64,000 nucleotides of DNA, taken from Thermodesulfobacteriota bacterium. GTDB taxonomy: Bacteria > Desulfobacterota > Binatia > Bin18. Position numbers and translations under genes: made by a program. This document shows, one piece after another, positions 1 through 9,354 of this stretch (positions within the stretch are counted from its first letter, which is position 1; the number at the start of each line of letters is the position of its first letter). Under the pieces are notes generated by a model that was not told where the DNA came from, did no database searches, and saw nothing but the letters and a program-made list of their open reading frames with translations. The stretch is from the NCBI GenBank assembly GCA_964291405.2, contig OZ219926.1, forward strand, positions 992,001 through 1,056,000, in the 5' to 3' direction.

Positions 1-130
1 TCTGGCCTATTGGAGTACACAAGGTACTGCTGTCAACACGGATTTATCCCCTCTTGGGACGTGTGATGCAAATGACATGACTCGGCGGCCCCCCGCTCCC
101 CTGCGCCGTGCCTGTCTGCGCCAGGGGGCC

Positions 131-182
131 AGGAGTGCGGGCTTCCAGCCCGCAAGCGGCCAGGATGGCCGCTCTCCCAGGA
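131..182 (+). repeat. 52-bp REP-like doublet (GGAGTGCGGGCTTCCAGCCCGC...GCGGCCAGGATGGCCGC), copy 1 of 6
   Basis: Near-identical copies at 21154-21205, 22664-22715, 24858-24909, 26252-26303 and 49249-49300 (reverse); two short hairpins. Confidence 0.9.
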
Positions 183-245
183 GGAGACGGGGCCGCAGGC
201 CGGGGGGTCGTTCTTTGTAGGGGCAATTCATGAATTGCCCACGGG

Positions 246-1211
246 TCAGGCGCTGTCCGGCGCGTCTGTTCCCAGTTCTTCCAGAACCGCGGCGCACAGC
301 AGCGGGAAGAGGATTTCGTGGTGGCCGGTGAGCTGAAAGCCGCGCCCGCCCTGTTGGGTAGGACGGTGGACCACGTTGACGGTCGGTCGATAGTGCCGGA
401 TGAAATCGAGATCAACCGTGGTCAGGGTGCGGACCGGATGGCCGAGATTCCGCGCCAGAGAGAGCGCTTTCAGGAACACCTCGGGAATGATCACGGCGGA
501 ACCCAGGTTGAGAAACACCCCGCCCTCCAACTGGGCGACCACCGAGGTCAGCTGGTGAAAGTCGCGCAGGCTGCCCTCCCCGATGGCCCGACCGTCCACG
601 CTGGGGTGCATATGGATGATATCGGTCCCGATCGCGACATGCACGCAGGCGGGCACCTCCAGCCGGGCACACGCGGCCAGTACGCTCAGCGCGGCGTGGG
701 GCAACTGTTCCGCGAGGATACGGTCTCCCACGGCCCGGCCAATCCCGACCCCCTGCTGCATCACCCCGGTTTGCATGGCGGCGTTCAGAAATTCTCCGGT
801 TTCCTGCGCCATGCCGAACCGGCCCGTATCCAGACTGGCGGCGACGTCTTCGGAGGTTGCCCCCTGATAGGCCAGTTCAAAGTCGTGGATAATACCGGCC
901 CCGTTGAGCGCAATCGCGGCAATAATGCCGCGCTCCAGGAGGTCGATAATCAACGGGGACAGGCCGACTTTGAGCGGGTGGGCGCCCATGCCCAGGACAA
1001 CCGGCCGCCCGGACCGGACCGCGCTCGCGATACGGCTGGCGACCTCCGCCAGGTCGGGAGCGGCCAGAATACGGGGCAGAGAGTGCAGAAACTCTCTCAG
1101 GCTGCCACCCACCCGCCACGGTGTGCCCAGGCCCTGCGCGGCAACTTTGCTGCTGCGCTGACTGAGCGGATAGGTGGCGGCCTGCCTCGGGTCGATGGGG
1201 GGGAATTTCAT
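246..1211 (-). CDS. Deoxyhypusine-synthase-like protein (GSU2086-type family)
   Basis: 321 aa; motifs GMGAHPLKVG, NGAGIIHDFE, GTDIIHMHP, GSAVIIPEVFLKA, GHHEILFPLL. Confidence 0.7.
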   Translation of the reverse strand: MKFPPIDPRQAATYPLSQRSSKVAAQGLGTPWRVGGSLREFLHSLPRILAAPDLAEVASRIASAVRSGRPVVLGMGAHPLKVGLSPLIIDLLERGIIAAIALNGAGIIHDFELAYQGATSEDVAASLDTGRFGMAQETGEFLNAAMQTGVMQQGVGIGRAVGDRILAEQLPHAALSVLAACARLEVPACVHVAIGTDIIHMHPSVDGRAIGEGSLRDFHQLTSVVAQLEGGVFLNLGSAVIIPEVFLKALSLARNLGHPVRTLTTVDLDFIRHYRPTVNVVHRPTQQGGRGFQLTGHHEILFPLLCAAVLEELGTDAPDSA

Positions 1212-1282
1212 TGTGTTTCTCTTGCCGGCGGGCCGTCACCCGGCGTTCATCCGGGGCTGGTAGCCGGCGCTCCGTGTTTTTT

Positions 1283-1585
1283 CTATTGCCCCGCCGCTGG
1301 TCGTGGCTCGTAGCGCGCAACCTCGATTTCATCCTCACGCGCTTGCGCCCGTGCAACATCGTAGGCCGCCTGCAGGCGTATCCACGTCTCCGTTGTCGAG
1401 CCGAAAGCTTTCGCGAGCCGGACCGCCATGTCGGTAGACAGGCGGGCGCGGCAATTCACCAGGTTCGAGAGGGCTTGGCGGCTGACGCCGAGCACCTTCG
1501 CGCCTGCGGTGACATTCAATCCGAGCGGTTCCAGACAGGACACCCGGACAACCTTGCCGGGGTGTGGCGGATTCTTCATCGACAC
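1283..1585 (-). CDS. higA: HigA-family antitoxin (XRE HTH)
   Basis: MKNPPHPG N-terminus, HTH LGVSRQALSNLVN, W..LQAAYD. Confidence 0.9.
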   Translation of the reverse strand: MSMKNPPHPGKVVRVSCLEPLGLNVTAGAKVLGVSRQALSNLVNCRARLSTDMAVRLAKAFGSTTETWIRLQAAYDVARAQAREDEIEVARYEPRPAAGQ

Positions 1586-1602
1586 GGGGGTTCTCCTTTC
1601 CG

Positions 1603-1881
1603 TTAGTGGTAGTCTATCAGTTCCACGTCATAGACGTCTTCGCCTTCAAAGCGGAAGATGATTCGCCAGTTTGCCTTCACCGTCACCGACCAATACCCTT
1701 TCAATCTGCCTTTGAGGGCGTGCAGCCGATAGTGGGGAAGACGCATCGCTTCGGGGGAACTCGCAACATCAAGCTGGGCCAGCATGACTTCCACCCGGTC
1801 GTGCAGATCGGAGCGGATCAGACTCCGGTCACCACGCTCATAGAGTCGCTTGAGCCCACGGTGTTGGAAGCTCCGTATCAC
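1603..1881 (-). CDS. higB: HigB-family toxin (RelE/ParE fold, plasmid maintenance killer type)
   Basis: IRSFQHRGLKRLY...LHALKG...WSVTVKANWRIIFRF...DYH; GTG at 1881 chosen as start; upstream of higA. Confidence 0.9.
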   Translation of the reverse strand: MIRSFQHRGLKRLYERGDRSLIRSDLHDRVEVMLAQLDVASSPEAMRLPHYRLHALKGRLKGYWSVTVKANWRIIFRFEGEDVYDVELIDYH

Positions 1882-1887
1882 GGGCAA

Positions 1888-1916
1888 GGTGTAATGTGTC
1901 TATCGACACTTGTCAA
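1888..1916 (-). promoter_or_regulatory. sigma70-like promoter with operator palindrome for higBA
   Basis: TTGACA-17-TACACC, 6 nt before the GTG; GTGTC-N4-GACAC at 1896-1909. Confidence 0.55.
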
Positions 1917-2218
1917 CTAGCCGCCGGGGTGGCGCTGGCTTGCCGGGGTGCGGTCCGTTCGATCAGCGTCCGCAAGGCTTCCCCTTGCTGGTGCAAGGCC
2001 AGCATGCTTTCCTCATGCCGTTTCTCGGCAAGGTCCGTTTGGCCTTGCCGGTCGACATTGCTCCGCTGCATCATCTTCAAGCCGTAGGCAATCAAGCCGC
2101 ATTGTACCAAGCCTGCCAGGCCCGCGATCCCGGCCTGGACATAGGTTGCCCATAGAGAAGCATTCCGGAAAGCAAGCGTCGCTGTCTCAAACTCGCTCAC
2201 AGGGTCGTTCTCTCCCAT
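1913..2218 (-). CDS. Hypothetical small membrane-anchored protein
   Basis: 101 aa; one hydrophobic segment followed by a charged helical tail. Confidence 0.55.
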   Translation of the reverse strand: MGENDPVSEFETATLAFRNASLWATYVQAGIAGLAGLVQCGLIAYGLKMMQRSNVDRQGQTDLAEKRHEESMLALHQQGEALRTLIERTAPRQASATPAAS

Positions 2219-2298
2219 GCCCGGTCCTGTGTCAAGCCGATTGGCAGCGCGGCTATCGTCCGGTCCTGGTCATGGGTGTGACATCTTCCCCTTGGTAT

Positions 2299-2724
2299 TC
2301 ATCCCATCCACGGATTGAAGACCGGGACGCCTGTTTGACGAAAGTCGTCCTCGTTGCGGGTGCATACAACGAGAGCGTGTACCTGCGCGGTGGCGGCAAT
2401 GAAGAGGTCAGGCTGGCTGAAAGTAATCGCATGTTCTCGACCCCGGGCCACCATCCGACGCCATTCCAGAATCACCTCCTCATCCACAGGCAGGATACGC
2501 CCGGCAAACCACGGCCGCAGCCGGTGGTCGAGCCAGACTGTCAGTTCATTACGGAATTTGAGGTCAGGTTGTCTTTCGATGCCATACCGGATTTCAGCCA
2601 GCGTGACGCTGCTGAGGAAGAGGCTGTCCGCGGCTTGCGCGTCCGACCATGCCTTGACATGACTGTCAGGTCGCTGCTTGCGGAGTTCGGAGACCACATT
2701 GGTATCGAGCAACCATCCCGTCAC
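2299..2724 (-). CDS. vapC: VapC-family PIN-domain toxin
   Basis: LLDTNVVSE, LAEIRYG, DLFIAATA, TRNEDDF, NPW. Confidence 0.92.
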   Translation of the reverse strand: MTGWLLDTNVVSELRKQRPDSHVKAWSDAQAADSLFLSSVTLAEIRYGIERQPDLKFRNELTVWLDHRLRPWFAGRILPVDEEVILEWRRMVARGREHAITFSQPDLFIAATAQVHALVVCTRNEDDFRQTGVPVFNPWMG

Positions 2725-3017
2725 AACTCAACCTCACGGACCGGGCTCCGCACTCCGTCTCCACCGAACGTGATACGGCTCAGCGGAGATTGGGACAGGA
2801 GTTCGTGTAAGCTGCCCGATTGCTCCCGTGCCCGGAGGGCTTCGAATGTGTCTGCCGCAACGATGACCACGGCATCTTTCCCGTGAACCGTGACCCGTTG
2901 CGGCTGCCCGGATGTGGCAAGGCGGACGAGTTCACTGAACTTTGCCTTGGCCTCTCCCAGCTTCCAGCCGGGAGCCGGAGCCGGGCCGGTCTGCCTGACT
3001 TGACGAGATGTATTCAA
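2721..3017 (-). CDS. Phd/YefM-family antitoxin
   Basis: WKLGEAKAKFSELV..PQRVTVHGKDAVV; ATGA overlap with vapC; AGGAGG RBS. Confidence 0.9.
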   Translation of the reverse strand: MNTSRQVRQTGPAPAPGWKLGEAKAKFSELVRLATSGQPQRVTVHGKDAVVIVAADTFEALRAREQSGSLHELLSQSPLSRITFGGDGVRSPVREVEL

Positions 3018-3032
3018 GAGCGCTCCTCCTTA

Positions 3033-3076
3033 TGACCAGATTAGTCAAATTTAGGGGAAGTCGCTGTATACGTCAA
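3033..3076 (-). promoter_or_regulatory. Promoter and operator of phd-vapC
   Basis: TTGACG-17-TAAATT (3076-3048) followed by TGAC-N7-GTCA palindrome. Confidence 0.6.
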
Positions 3077-3092
3077 ACTCATTCCGCAGATT

Positions 3093-3187
3093 GGATGAGT
3101 CGGAGGCGTTCCAATACGTCCGCAGCGGACGCACGGGCAGTGATCGACCAGGGCGGCCATGGCTCCTCCTCATCCTTGCCCCGGTCA
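3093..3187 (-). pseudogene. Decayed fragment of a second gmhA allele
   Basis: 3136-3169 matches gmhA 8711-8744 at 32/34 nt; weaker similarity on both sides. Confidence 0.8.
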
Positions 3188-6100
3188 CTCGGGCTCGACC
3201 GTCTCATTACCGACCCGCTCGAAGAGCACGATCCCGGCATCGTCGGTTGTCAGGTAGGCGTGCGTGCCGTCGGGGCTTGCCGCCATGCCGCGCACGAAGC
3301 CGAAGTCGGGCAGGTGGTTGTTAAAACGATCCTGCTGCCAGTGCGCGACATAGTCGGTCGCTTCGAGCTCGCCGGTTTCCAACCGCCATCGCACGCTGAA
3401 GGCGGAACTGGTGCAAAAGGCATCCACCGCCGGCAACCCGTTTCGCGCGGCGGCGACTTGACACCCGGTCCACTCCGACTGCGGCGCGTTCTCAAATGGC
3501 GGCAGGATGTCGAGGAATTGCGGGTTCGAGGGGTCGTCCAGTTGGAAGAGGATAGTCCGGTTTCCAGCGGCGTCGAAGACGAACAGGTGGCGGTCATCGT
3601 CGCTGAGCGCGATGGCTCGGGCTTCTTGCAGACCTTCGACCGTCCCAACCTGCGCGAGTTCGCCGGTTCCCGGATGGCGCGTAAAGACGAGCAGCGCATT
3701 CCCCGTCAGCACATACAGGTGACTACCGCTATTGGAGATCAATGCGCTCATTATGTCAGCATCGATTTCCACGGTCTGCACCGGCCTGAGAATGCCCCCC
3801 GTGGCGCCGGAGAAAATGGGGAAATTGAAGGCGAGGACTTGTAATGCTCCCCCCCCGCGCCCAAATACATAGAGGAACGATCCCCCGGAGTCCATGAGCA
3901 CATCACCGCACGGAGCAGCGCGCTGGGCGGAACCGGTTATGATGAGTGTTCCCGCATCCCTGAGCGTCCGGTGGGTTCCATCCACGGGTACGAATCTGCG
4001 CCAGGTTCCACAGTCGTGGGCGTACAGCTCTTCTCTGTGTGGGTCCCAGATCAGCGCGCTATCCGACACATTCCCATCCAGGGACTGTACGAGCGCCAGA
4101 TCGCCGGTTTCGGGGTTCCGTTCGAAAACCCGCAGCCCGAGCGCCGTGCCCACATACAGCGCCGTGCCAGTACTGTTGAACGCCAGGTCTCCCGGATCGG
4201 AGAGTGCGACCGGGTTGCCGTTTGCGTCCGGGGCGCCGGCGTCCAGACGCCCGGCGTATCTGAGCCACACCGGGGGTTCGGCCTCGCCCCAGCGCAGGGT
4301 GAATGCGTCGCCCGTCGCGTCGCCCGTGAGCCCGAGCCGGACCGTGTAGCGCACCCCCGCCTCCGCCCGGAATACGACTGCGCCGGCGTCGGACGGGATG
4401 CCGGCGAACTGACTCGTCCCGATCAACTCCAGCGAGCCGAACCCGTCGCCGGCGTCTCGGTAGACGGCCAATGTCCAGGGCGCGTCGGGTTCGTCAATCC
4501 AGAAACGATACCACCCGGCAGCGGGCGCCGCAAAAGTCCACCACAGAGACGAGTGGCCCAGAACGCCGCCGCGCTCGCCGCGTTCCGCAGTCGCAAACAC
4601 GCTTGATCCCGTCACCGAGCCGCTGGCATCCGTGAGGGAGACGGCACCCGTCAGGGCGTCGTTCGACGGCGTCGGTCCCCACACCAGAGTTGCGGTCGCC
4701 GGCCCAAACCAGAATGCTCCGAGGTCGCCGTTCTGAAAGCCCACCGAAATCCAGTAGCGCCGGCCCCGGACGGCTGCAAAAGTGAACTCGGTCGCGGTGG
4801 TGTCCGGCCCGGTCGAGGCAACCAGCCGTAATGCTCCGAGGGTGTCGCCGGTAAACACCGACACCAGCAACTCGGTGAAATCCGTCTCCGTGAGCCGCCA
4901 CGTGTAGCGGCCGTCCTGCGGTGCCGTCCACACCCACCACCCCGTTCTGATACCGCTTTCGATGGGCTCGTTGGGTTCCACGGTCGCTTGAGCATCGGCT
5001 TGGACAAAATGCGACGACGATGGCGTACTCGCGATTGCTTCGGCACCCTGGAGATCGTCGTTGGTCGCTCCGCGCTCGGTCGTCTGCCACGTCAACTCAA
5101 AGGCTCCTCCGGCGGCATAGGCGTTGGAGGCGGCGACGGCGATGCGGTATTCCTGGCCGCTGCCCGCCGGAAACGTGGCCGAAGCGTGAGGCAGGCCCGA
5201 AACCAGCCGCAGTTCGGAGAGGCTGTCGCCGACGAACGCGAGCACGTGCAGGTTCTCGTTGCTCGACGCAAACGCCCAGGCGCCATCGCCGGGCGCCGTC
5301 CAGCGATACCAGACGGTGGACGCCAGCGCTCCGAACAACTCGCCCGGTTCCAGGGTGGCGCCCTTGTTGTTCCCTGCGACACCGCCCTCGGCGCCGGCAA
5401 GGGCAACGCCGGCAGCGAAGGCGTCGTTGGCGGGCCGCGGTCCCTGGGACCAGCGGAGGATCAGCGGAAGGCTTCTTCCGGTGTGACTCACCCGGACCCG
5501 ATAGGTTTGCCCGGCCTCAGCGAAGAACTCGACACCCCAGGGGCCTGATGCCACCCGCTTGAGGGCGGTGATCCGATCACCCTGGAAAACAGTGATATTG
5601 ACTTCGCCCGCGTCCCGGACATCCGCATCCCGGCTGGCACCAAACCGGGCTAAACGATCGGTCGGGGCCGTCCAGATATACCAGGCGGAACCACTCGGGC
5701 GTCCATGGAAGGGATCGAACACCGGTTCCCCCACCTCCGGCAGCGCGAGCAGCAGATCCAACACCCGGGAACCCTCTTCGCCTTCCAGCGTGGCAGCGGC
5801 CGCGAATGCGGCATTCGCGGGCGGTTCGGCTTCGGGAGCCTCGGACTGGTCCGTGCCGCGCGTTCGGACCACGACCGACATCGAAGCGGCCCGCGCGTTC
5901 CAGGCGCTCGCCGTGAAGTAGAGGCACGCCGCACCCTCGCCCCGGTTTGCAACCCTGAGCGTGACTTCCTGGGACTCGCCGGCGGCGATTTCGCCCAGCG
6001 CGATGGCCGCACCGAGATCGCTCCACTCCTCACCGTACACCAGGCCGTCCTCGCGAGTCGCCCCCACGTCCCGGATCGCCAGGTGACAGTTGGGAGAGCC

Positions 6101-8482
6101 GCTGGCATCGCGGCAGTCCACAGCCAGCCGCGTCCCGGCGGCGACGTAGGCGTCCGCTGTCAGCGTCAGTGTCAGTGCGTCTCCGCTGTGGAGGACGGTC
6201 TTGTCCGCGTCGATGTTGAGCTTCGGCGTGGATGCGCCGCGGATGACGGTCCAGGCCAGGGCGGCGCGCGGCGCGGCGGTATAGACGCGCTGTGACACGA
6301 CCTTGGCCCGGTAGGTTCCAGCCGGTGGGTTCCTGACGATGACCCACTCCACATTGTCCGTGCGGGAGAGCGACGAGTACTCCCCGCAGGCCCCCGCTCC
6401 GCAGTCGCCGTCCCGGTCCAGCCACAGGTCCAGATCGTTCAGCACGGCGTTGGCGATGGTGTCCGTGGGCGGCTCGTCCCAGGTCATGACCAGGTCCAGG
6501 CGGCTGGCGCCCGCCGGCACGACGATGTCGTGATAGGCGTATTCGCCGTCTTGCAGTTCGGATATCGCACCGCCGCTCGTCCAGCCGTCTCCCCGGTCCC
6601 GGTTGAGCACGCCGGTGCGGGCCGATACCTTGCCCAGCCCGTACCGGGCGTGCAGCGCTCCCGGTCCGTTGGAGTTGTCGGCGGGGAACCGGATCGGGTC
6701 CTCCAGCCACGGGTCCGGCTTGATGGCGCTCGCCATCAAGCGCGCCCGTGTCAGGGCGGGCTGTTCCCGGTGCGCCGGGGCCGCGTCCATGAGCAGGGCC
6801 GCCACGCCGGCGACCGAGGGCGACGCCGCGCTCGTGCCGCTGGCGCTGACGTAGGCGCCCCTGCTCCCCCCGCCCCGGGCCGAGTGGAGATCGATACCCG
6901 TCGCAACAACCTGGGGGGCCAGTCGTCCGTCCGCGGTCGGGCCGTGGCTGCTGAAAAAGGCGAGTTCGCCGCTGTCCAGCACCGCGCCCACGGCCAGGGA
7001 GTTCTTGGCCGCGGCGAAATTTGAGAAGCCGTGAATACTTTCATTCGATTGAGCGACGACGTAGAGCTGGCGGTGGCCCCAAACGATGGAATCGAGCTTG
7101 CGCTGGTCGACGCCTCTCCCTTCGAATAGCAGGGCGCTCCCCCCCAGGCTCATGTTGACGATCAGCGGTTTGACCCGGGCGGCGCTCCAGCCCGCCTCCG
7201 GGCAGCCGGTAGGCCGGGCCAGGAAGTCCATCCCCCGTATAATGCTGTCTACGAGACCGAAGCCCTCATGGGAGAGCACCTTGGCGAAACGGATATGCGA
7301 CACCAAGGGCGCCATGCCGGCGAAACGCGGGTCGGCGGAGCCGTTCCCGGCGATAGTGCCGGTGACATGGGTGCCGTGCCCGTCAGCGTCCACCCACAGG
7401 TCCAGAGCGTCGATCCGGGGTTCGAAATAGACGAAGTTGGCGCCGCAAATGCTCTCCCGGTTCGAGGCAATGTCCACATGGTTGATGTTGAGCCCCGTAT
7501 CCAGCACGCCGATGGGGACGGACGCCCCGCCGATGCCGGAGAAGAGCCGGGAGGAGGGCTGGTAGAGTCGGAGCGCATCGGCCCCCATGGCGGGGACGGC
7601 GGTGTCGTGGGCGGCTTCCACCAGGCCGATCGGTTCAACGGCCAGCACAAAATCCGCCTCGGCGAGGGCGGCGAGCGTGTCGTAGCTGACGTTGGCCGTG
7701 TAGACCCGGATGTCCGAATCGAAACGGCCAACCACAGCCCCGAGGCCTTCCAGCGCGCGCCGCCACTGGCCGCCGGGATCATCCGTCATCAGGGTGATGA
7801 ACACCGGCAGTTCTTCATCACCCGGCCGGGTCAGCGCTTCGGTGGCCAGTTCCTCGGCGATCTTCCGTTCCGTGGGTAGCGCGCCCAGCCCGTCGACAGA
7901 CGGCAACTCCGAGACCGCCTGGAGGCGGGCCGGGTCGCCCGGCAGCCGGGCGCGGACCAGATCCCCCGCCGAGCCGAGGACCTCCACATTCAGCCCGTTG
8001 AGCGCTTGTCTGAGATCGTCCAGGCTCGCGCCGGGGGCGAGGCGCAGCCACCCGAAGGACCAGTCGCGCCCCGCCGCGGCCGCCTGGCTGACCAGCCGGT
8101 CGAATGCCTCGGGGGTCCCCAGCCAGTCGGGGTCCGCACGCTCATATGCGGCTTCGTCCTCGCGCTCCATCCGTGCCGTGGACATATCGCCGTGCGAGAC
8201 GACGAACGAATAGCCGTCGGGCGGCTGGACGGGGGCATCCGGGGAGGGGGTGTCTCCCCCGGCCGGCGTTTCAGGCCCTCTCGGCGCTGCCTCTACGCGT
8301 GGCTCCCGGACCGTCCCGCGGCGGTGGGCGCTGATCTGCGCCATTGCCGCATCGAGCACCGTCCGCTCGGCGGATTCCGGGCGGGTTTGCGGGGGGTCCT
8401 GGGGCTGCGGTTTCGACACCAGCATGGCGACCACCAGGCCCACCGCGGTCAGCAACAAGAGAGTTCGCCCTCTCCTCATCAC
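3185..8482 (-). CDS. Large secreted S8 (subtilisin-family) serine peptidase with repeated beta-sandwich modules and C-terminal beta-propeller-like region
   Basis: 1765 aa; N-terminal hydrophobic segment; triad GVLDTG, GHGTHVTG, SGTSAASP; about 4 repeats starting P.ND.F..A..L.G. Confidence 0.9.
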   Translation of the reverse strand: MMRRGRTLLLLTAVGLVVAMLVSKPQPQDPPQTRPESAERTVLDAAMAQISAHRRGTVREPRVEAAPRGPETPAGGDTPSPDAPVQPPDGYSFVVSHGDMSTARMEREDEAAYERADPDWLGTPEAFDRLVSQAAAAGRDWSFGWLRLAPGASLDDLRQALNGLNVEVLGSAGDLVRARLPGDPARLQAVSELPSVDGLGALPTERKIAEELATEALTRPGDEELPVFITLMTDDPGGQWRRALEGLGAVVGRFDSDIRVYTANVSYDTLAALAEADFVLAVEPIGLVEAAHDTAVPAMGADALRLYQPSSRLFSGIGGASVPIGVLDTGLNINHVDIASNRESICGANFVYFEPRIDALDLWVDADGHGTHVTGTIAGNGSADPRFAGMAPLVSHIRFAKVLSHEGFGLVDSIIRGMDFLARPTGCPEAGWSAARVKPLIVNMSLGGSALLFEGRGVDQRKLDSIVWGHRQLYVVAQSNESIHGFSNFAAAKNSLAVGAVLDSGELAFFSSHGPTADGRLAPQVVATGIDLHSARGGGSRGAYVSASGTSAASPSVAGVAALLMDAAPAHREQPALTRARLMASAIKPDPWLEDPIRFPADNSNGPGALHARYGLGKVSARTGVLNRDRGDGWTSGGAISELQDGEYAYHDIVVPAGASRLDLVMTWDEPPTDTIANAVLNDLDLWLDRDGDCGAGACGEYSSLSRTDNVEWVIVRNPPAGTYRAKVVSQRVYTAAPRAALAWTVIRGASTPKLNIDADKTVLHSGDALTLTLTADAYVAAGTRLAVDCRDASGSPNCHLAIRDVGATREDGLVYGEEWSDLGAAIALGEIAAGESQEVTLRVANRGEGAACLYFTASAWNARAASMSVVVRTRGTDQSEAPEAEPPANAAFAAAATLEGEEGSRVLDLLLALPEVGEPVFDPFHGRPSGSAWYIWTAPTDRLARFGASRDADVRDAGEVNITVFQGDRITALKRVASGPWGVEFFAEAGQTYRVRVSHTGRSLPLILRWSQGPRPANDAFAAGVALAGAEGGVAGNNKGATLEPGELFGALASTVWYRWTAPGDGAWAFASSNENLHVLAFVGDSLSELRLVSGLPHASATFPAGSGQEYRIAVAASNAYAAGGAFELTWQTTERGATNDDLQGAEAIASTPSSSHFVQADAQATVEPNEPIESGIRTGWWVWTAPQDGRYTWRLTETDFTELLVSVFTGDTLGALRLVASTGPDTTATEFTFAAVRGRRYWISVGFQNGDLGAFWFGPATATLVWGPTPSNDALTGAVSLTDASGSVTGSSVFATAERGERGGVLGHSSLWWTFAAPAAGWYRFWIDEPDAPWTLAVYRDAGDGFGSLELIGTSQFAGIPSDAGAVVFRAEAGVRYTVRLGLTGDATGDAFTLRWGEAEPPVWLRYAGRLDAGAPDANGNPVALSDPGDLAFNSTGTALYVGTALGLRVFERNPETGDLALVQSLDGNVSDSALIWDPHREELYAHDCGTWRRFVPVDGTHRTLRDAGTLIITGSAQRAAPCGDVLMDSGGSFLYVFGRGGGALQVLAFNFPIFSGATGGILRPVQTVEIDADIMSALISNSGSHLYVLTGNALLVFTRHPGTGELAQVGTVEGLQEARAIALSDDDRHLFVFDAAGNRTILFQLDDPSNPQFLDILPPFENAPQSEWTGCQVAAARNGLPAVDAFCTSSAFSVRWRLETGELEATDYVAHWQQDRFNNHLPDFGFVRGMAASPDGTHAYLTTDDAGIVLFERVGNETVEPE

Positions 8483-8559
8483 GCTCCTCCTCCCGGAACT
8501 CCCTCTCTCGTATCACGCCGTCCAGGGAGGGGTGCCGCCCCCGAACGCGCGGTTTTTTT

Positions 8560-8615
8560 ACTGTTCACTCTCCGGGCGTCCGGTCCCACTGTTCACTCTC
8601 CGGGCGTCCGGTCCC
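8560..8615. repeat. Perfect 28-bp tandem duplication at the gmhA 3' end
   Basis: ACTGTTCACTCTCCGGGCGTCCGGTCCC at 8560-8587 and 8588-8615. Confidence 0.95.
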
Positions 8616-9182
8616 GTAGAGGCGGCGGTCAACCATCTCGCAGATCACGTGGCCGATGAGAATATGCGTTTCCTGAATCCGGGGTGTGACGGTTGTGGCC
8701 GAGACACACAGGCAATGATCGACCAGGGCGGCCATCGCTCCTCCACTCCCACCCGTCAGCCCGATGGTCGGCATGCCGATGGTGCGACAGGACTCAAGGC
8801 CGCGCAGCACGTTTGCCGAGTTGCCGCTTGTCGAGAGCGCGATAGCGACGTCATTGTCTTTGCCAAGCGCCTGTATTTGCTTGGCAAAAATATCGGCGGG
8901 ACCGTAGTCGTTGGCGATCGAGGTCAAAGCCGAGGAGTCGGTCGTGAGCGCAATCGCCGGCAGCGGCGGACGATCGATCAGGTAGCGATTCACGAACTCG
9001 GCGGCCAGGTGCTGGGCGTCGGCAGCGCTGCCGCCGTTCCCGAACAGGAGAATTTTCCCGCCCGCGCGCAGCGTCCGTATGACGGTGTCGGTTGCGGCGA
9101 TCAGTTCGCTGCTCTGCGTCCGCAGGAAGTCGGCTTTGGCCTCGATACTCGCCTGAAAAATATGGGTGATTTCTTCCTTCAC
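8565..9182 (-). CDS. gmhA: Phosphoheptose isomerase (SIS domain)
   Basis: GNGGSAADAQHLAAEF, ANDYG, STSGNS, RIQETH; start placed at GTG 9182. Confidence 0.93.
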   Translation of the reverse strand: MKEEITHIFQASIEAKADFLRTQSSELIAATDTVIRTLRAGGKILLFGNGGSAADAQHLAAEFVNRYLIDRPPLPAIALTTDSSALTSIANDYGPADIFAKQIQALGKDNDVAIALSTSGNSANVLRGLESCRTIGMPTIGLTGGSGGAMAALVDHCLCVSATTVTPRIQETHILIGHVICEMVDRRLYGTGRPESEQWDRTPGE

Positions 9183-9184
9183 GG

Positions 9185-9233
9185 GCCTCACGGTAACGAC
9201 GGATACCAGGGGCGTCAACCGACGCGGGTGGGG
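9185..9233 (-). promoter_or_regulatory. gmhA promoter; 49-bp segment duplicated at 10179-10227
   Basis: TTGACG-17-TACCGT, 7 nt before the GTG; second copy identical at 48/49. Confidence 0.7.
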
Positions 9234-9290
9234 GACTCTTCAAGTAAGCGGATTCCCTCTCCCCTCCTTGGACGTGTGATGCGAAAAGGA

Positions 9291-9328
9291 ACCCACCCCG
9301 GCCTTCGGCCACCCCTCCAAGGAGGGGA
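9291..9328 (+). repeat. CCCACCCCG...CACCCCTCC-N-GGAGGGG double-hairpin repeat
   Basis: Reverse copy at 15159-15198; partial or interrupted copies near 26231, 48945-49140 and 49161-49378. Confidence 0.75.
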
Positions 9329-9354
9329 ACAGCACACACCCCCTCTTGGGAGGG

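Noticed and set aside
14-37. TTGACA with AGTAC-N5-GTACT palindrome on the minus strand at the window start
   Set aside because: No properly spaced -10, and any target gene lies outside the window.
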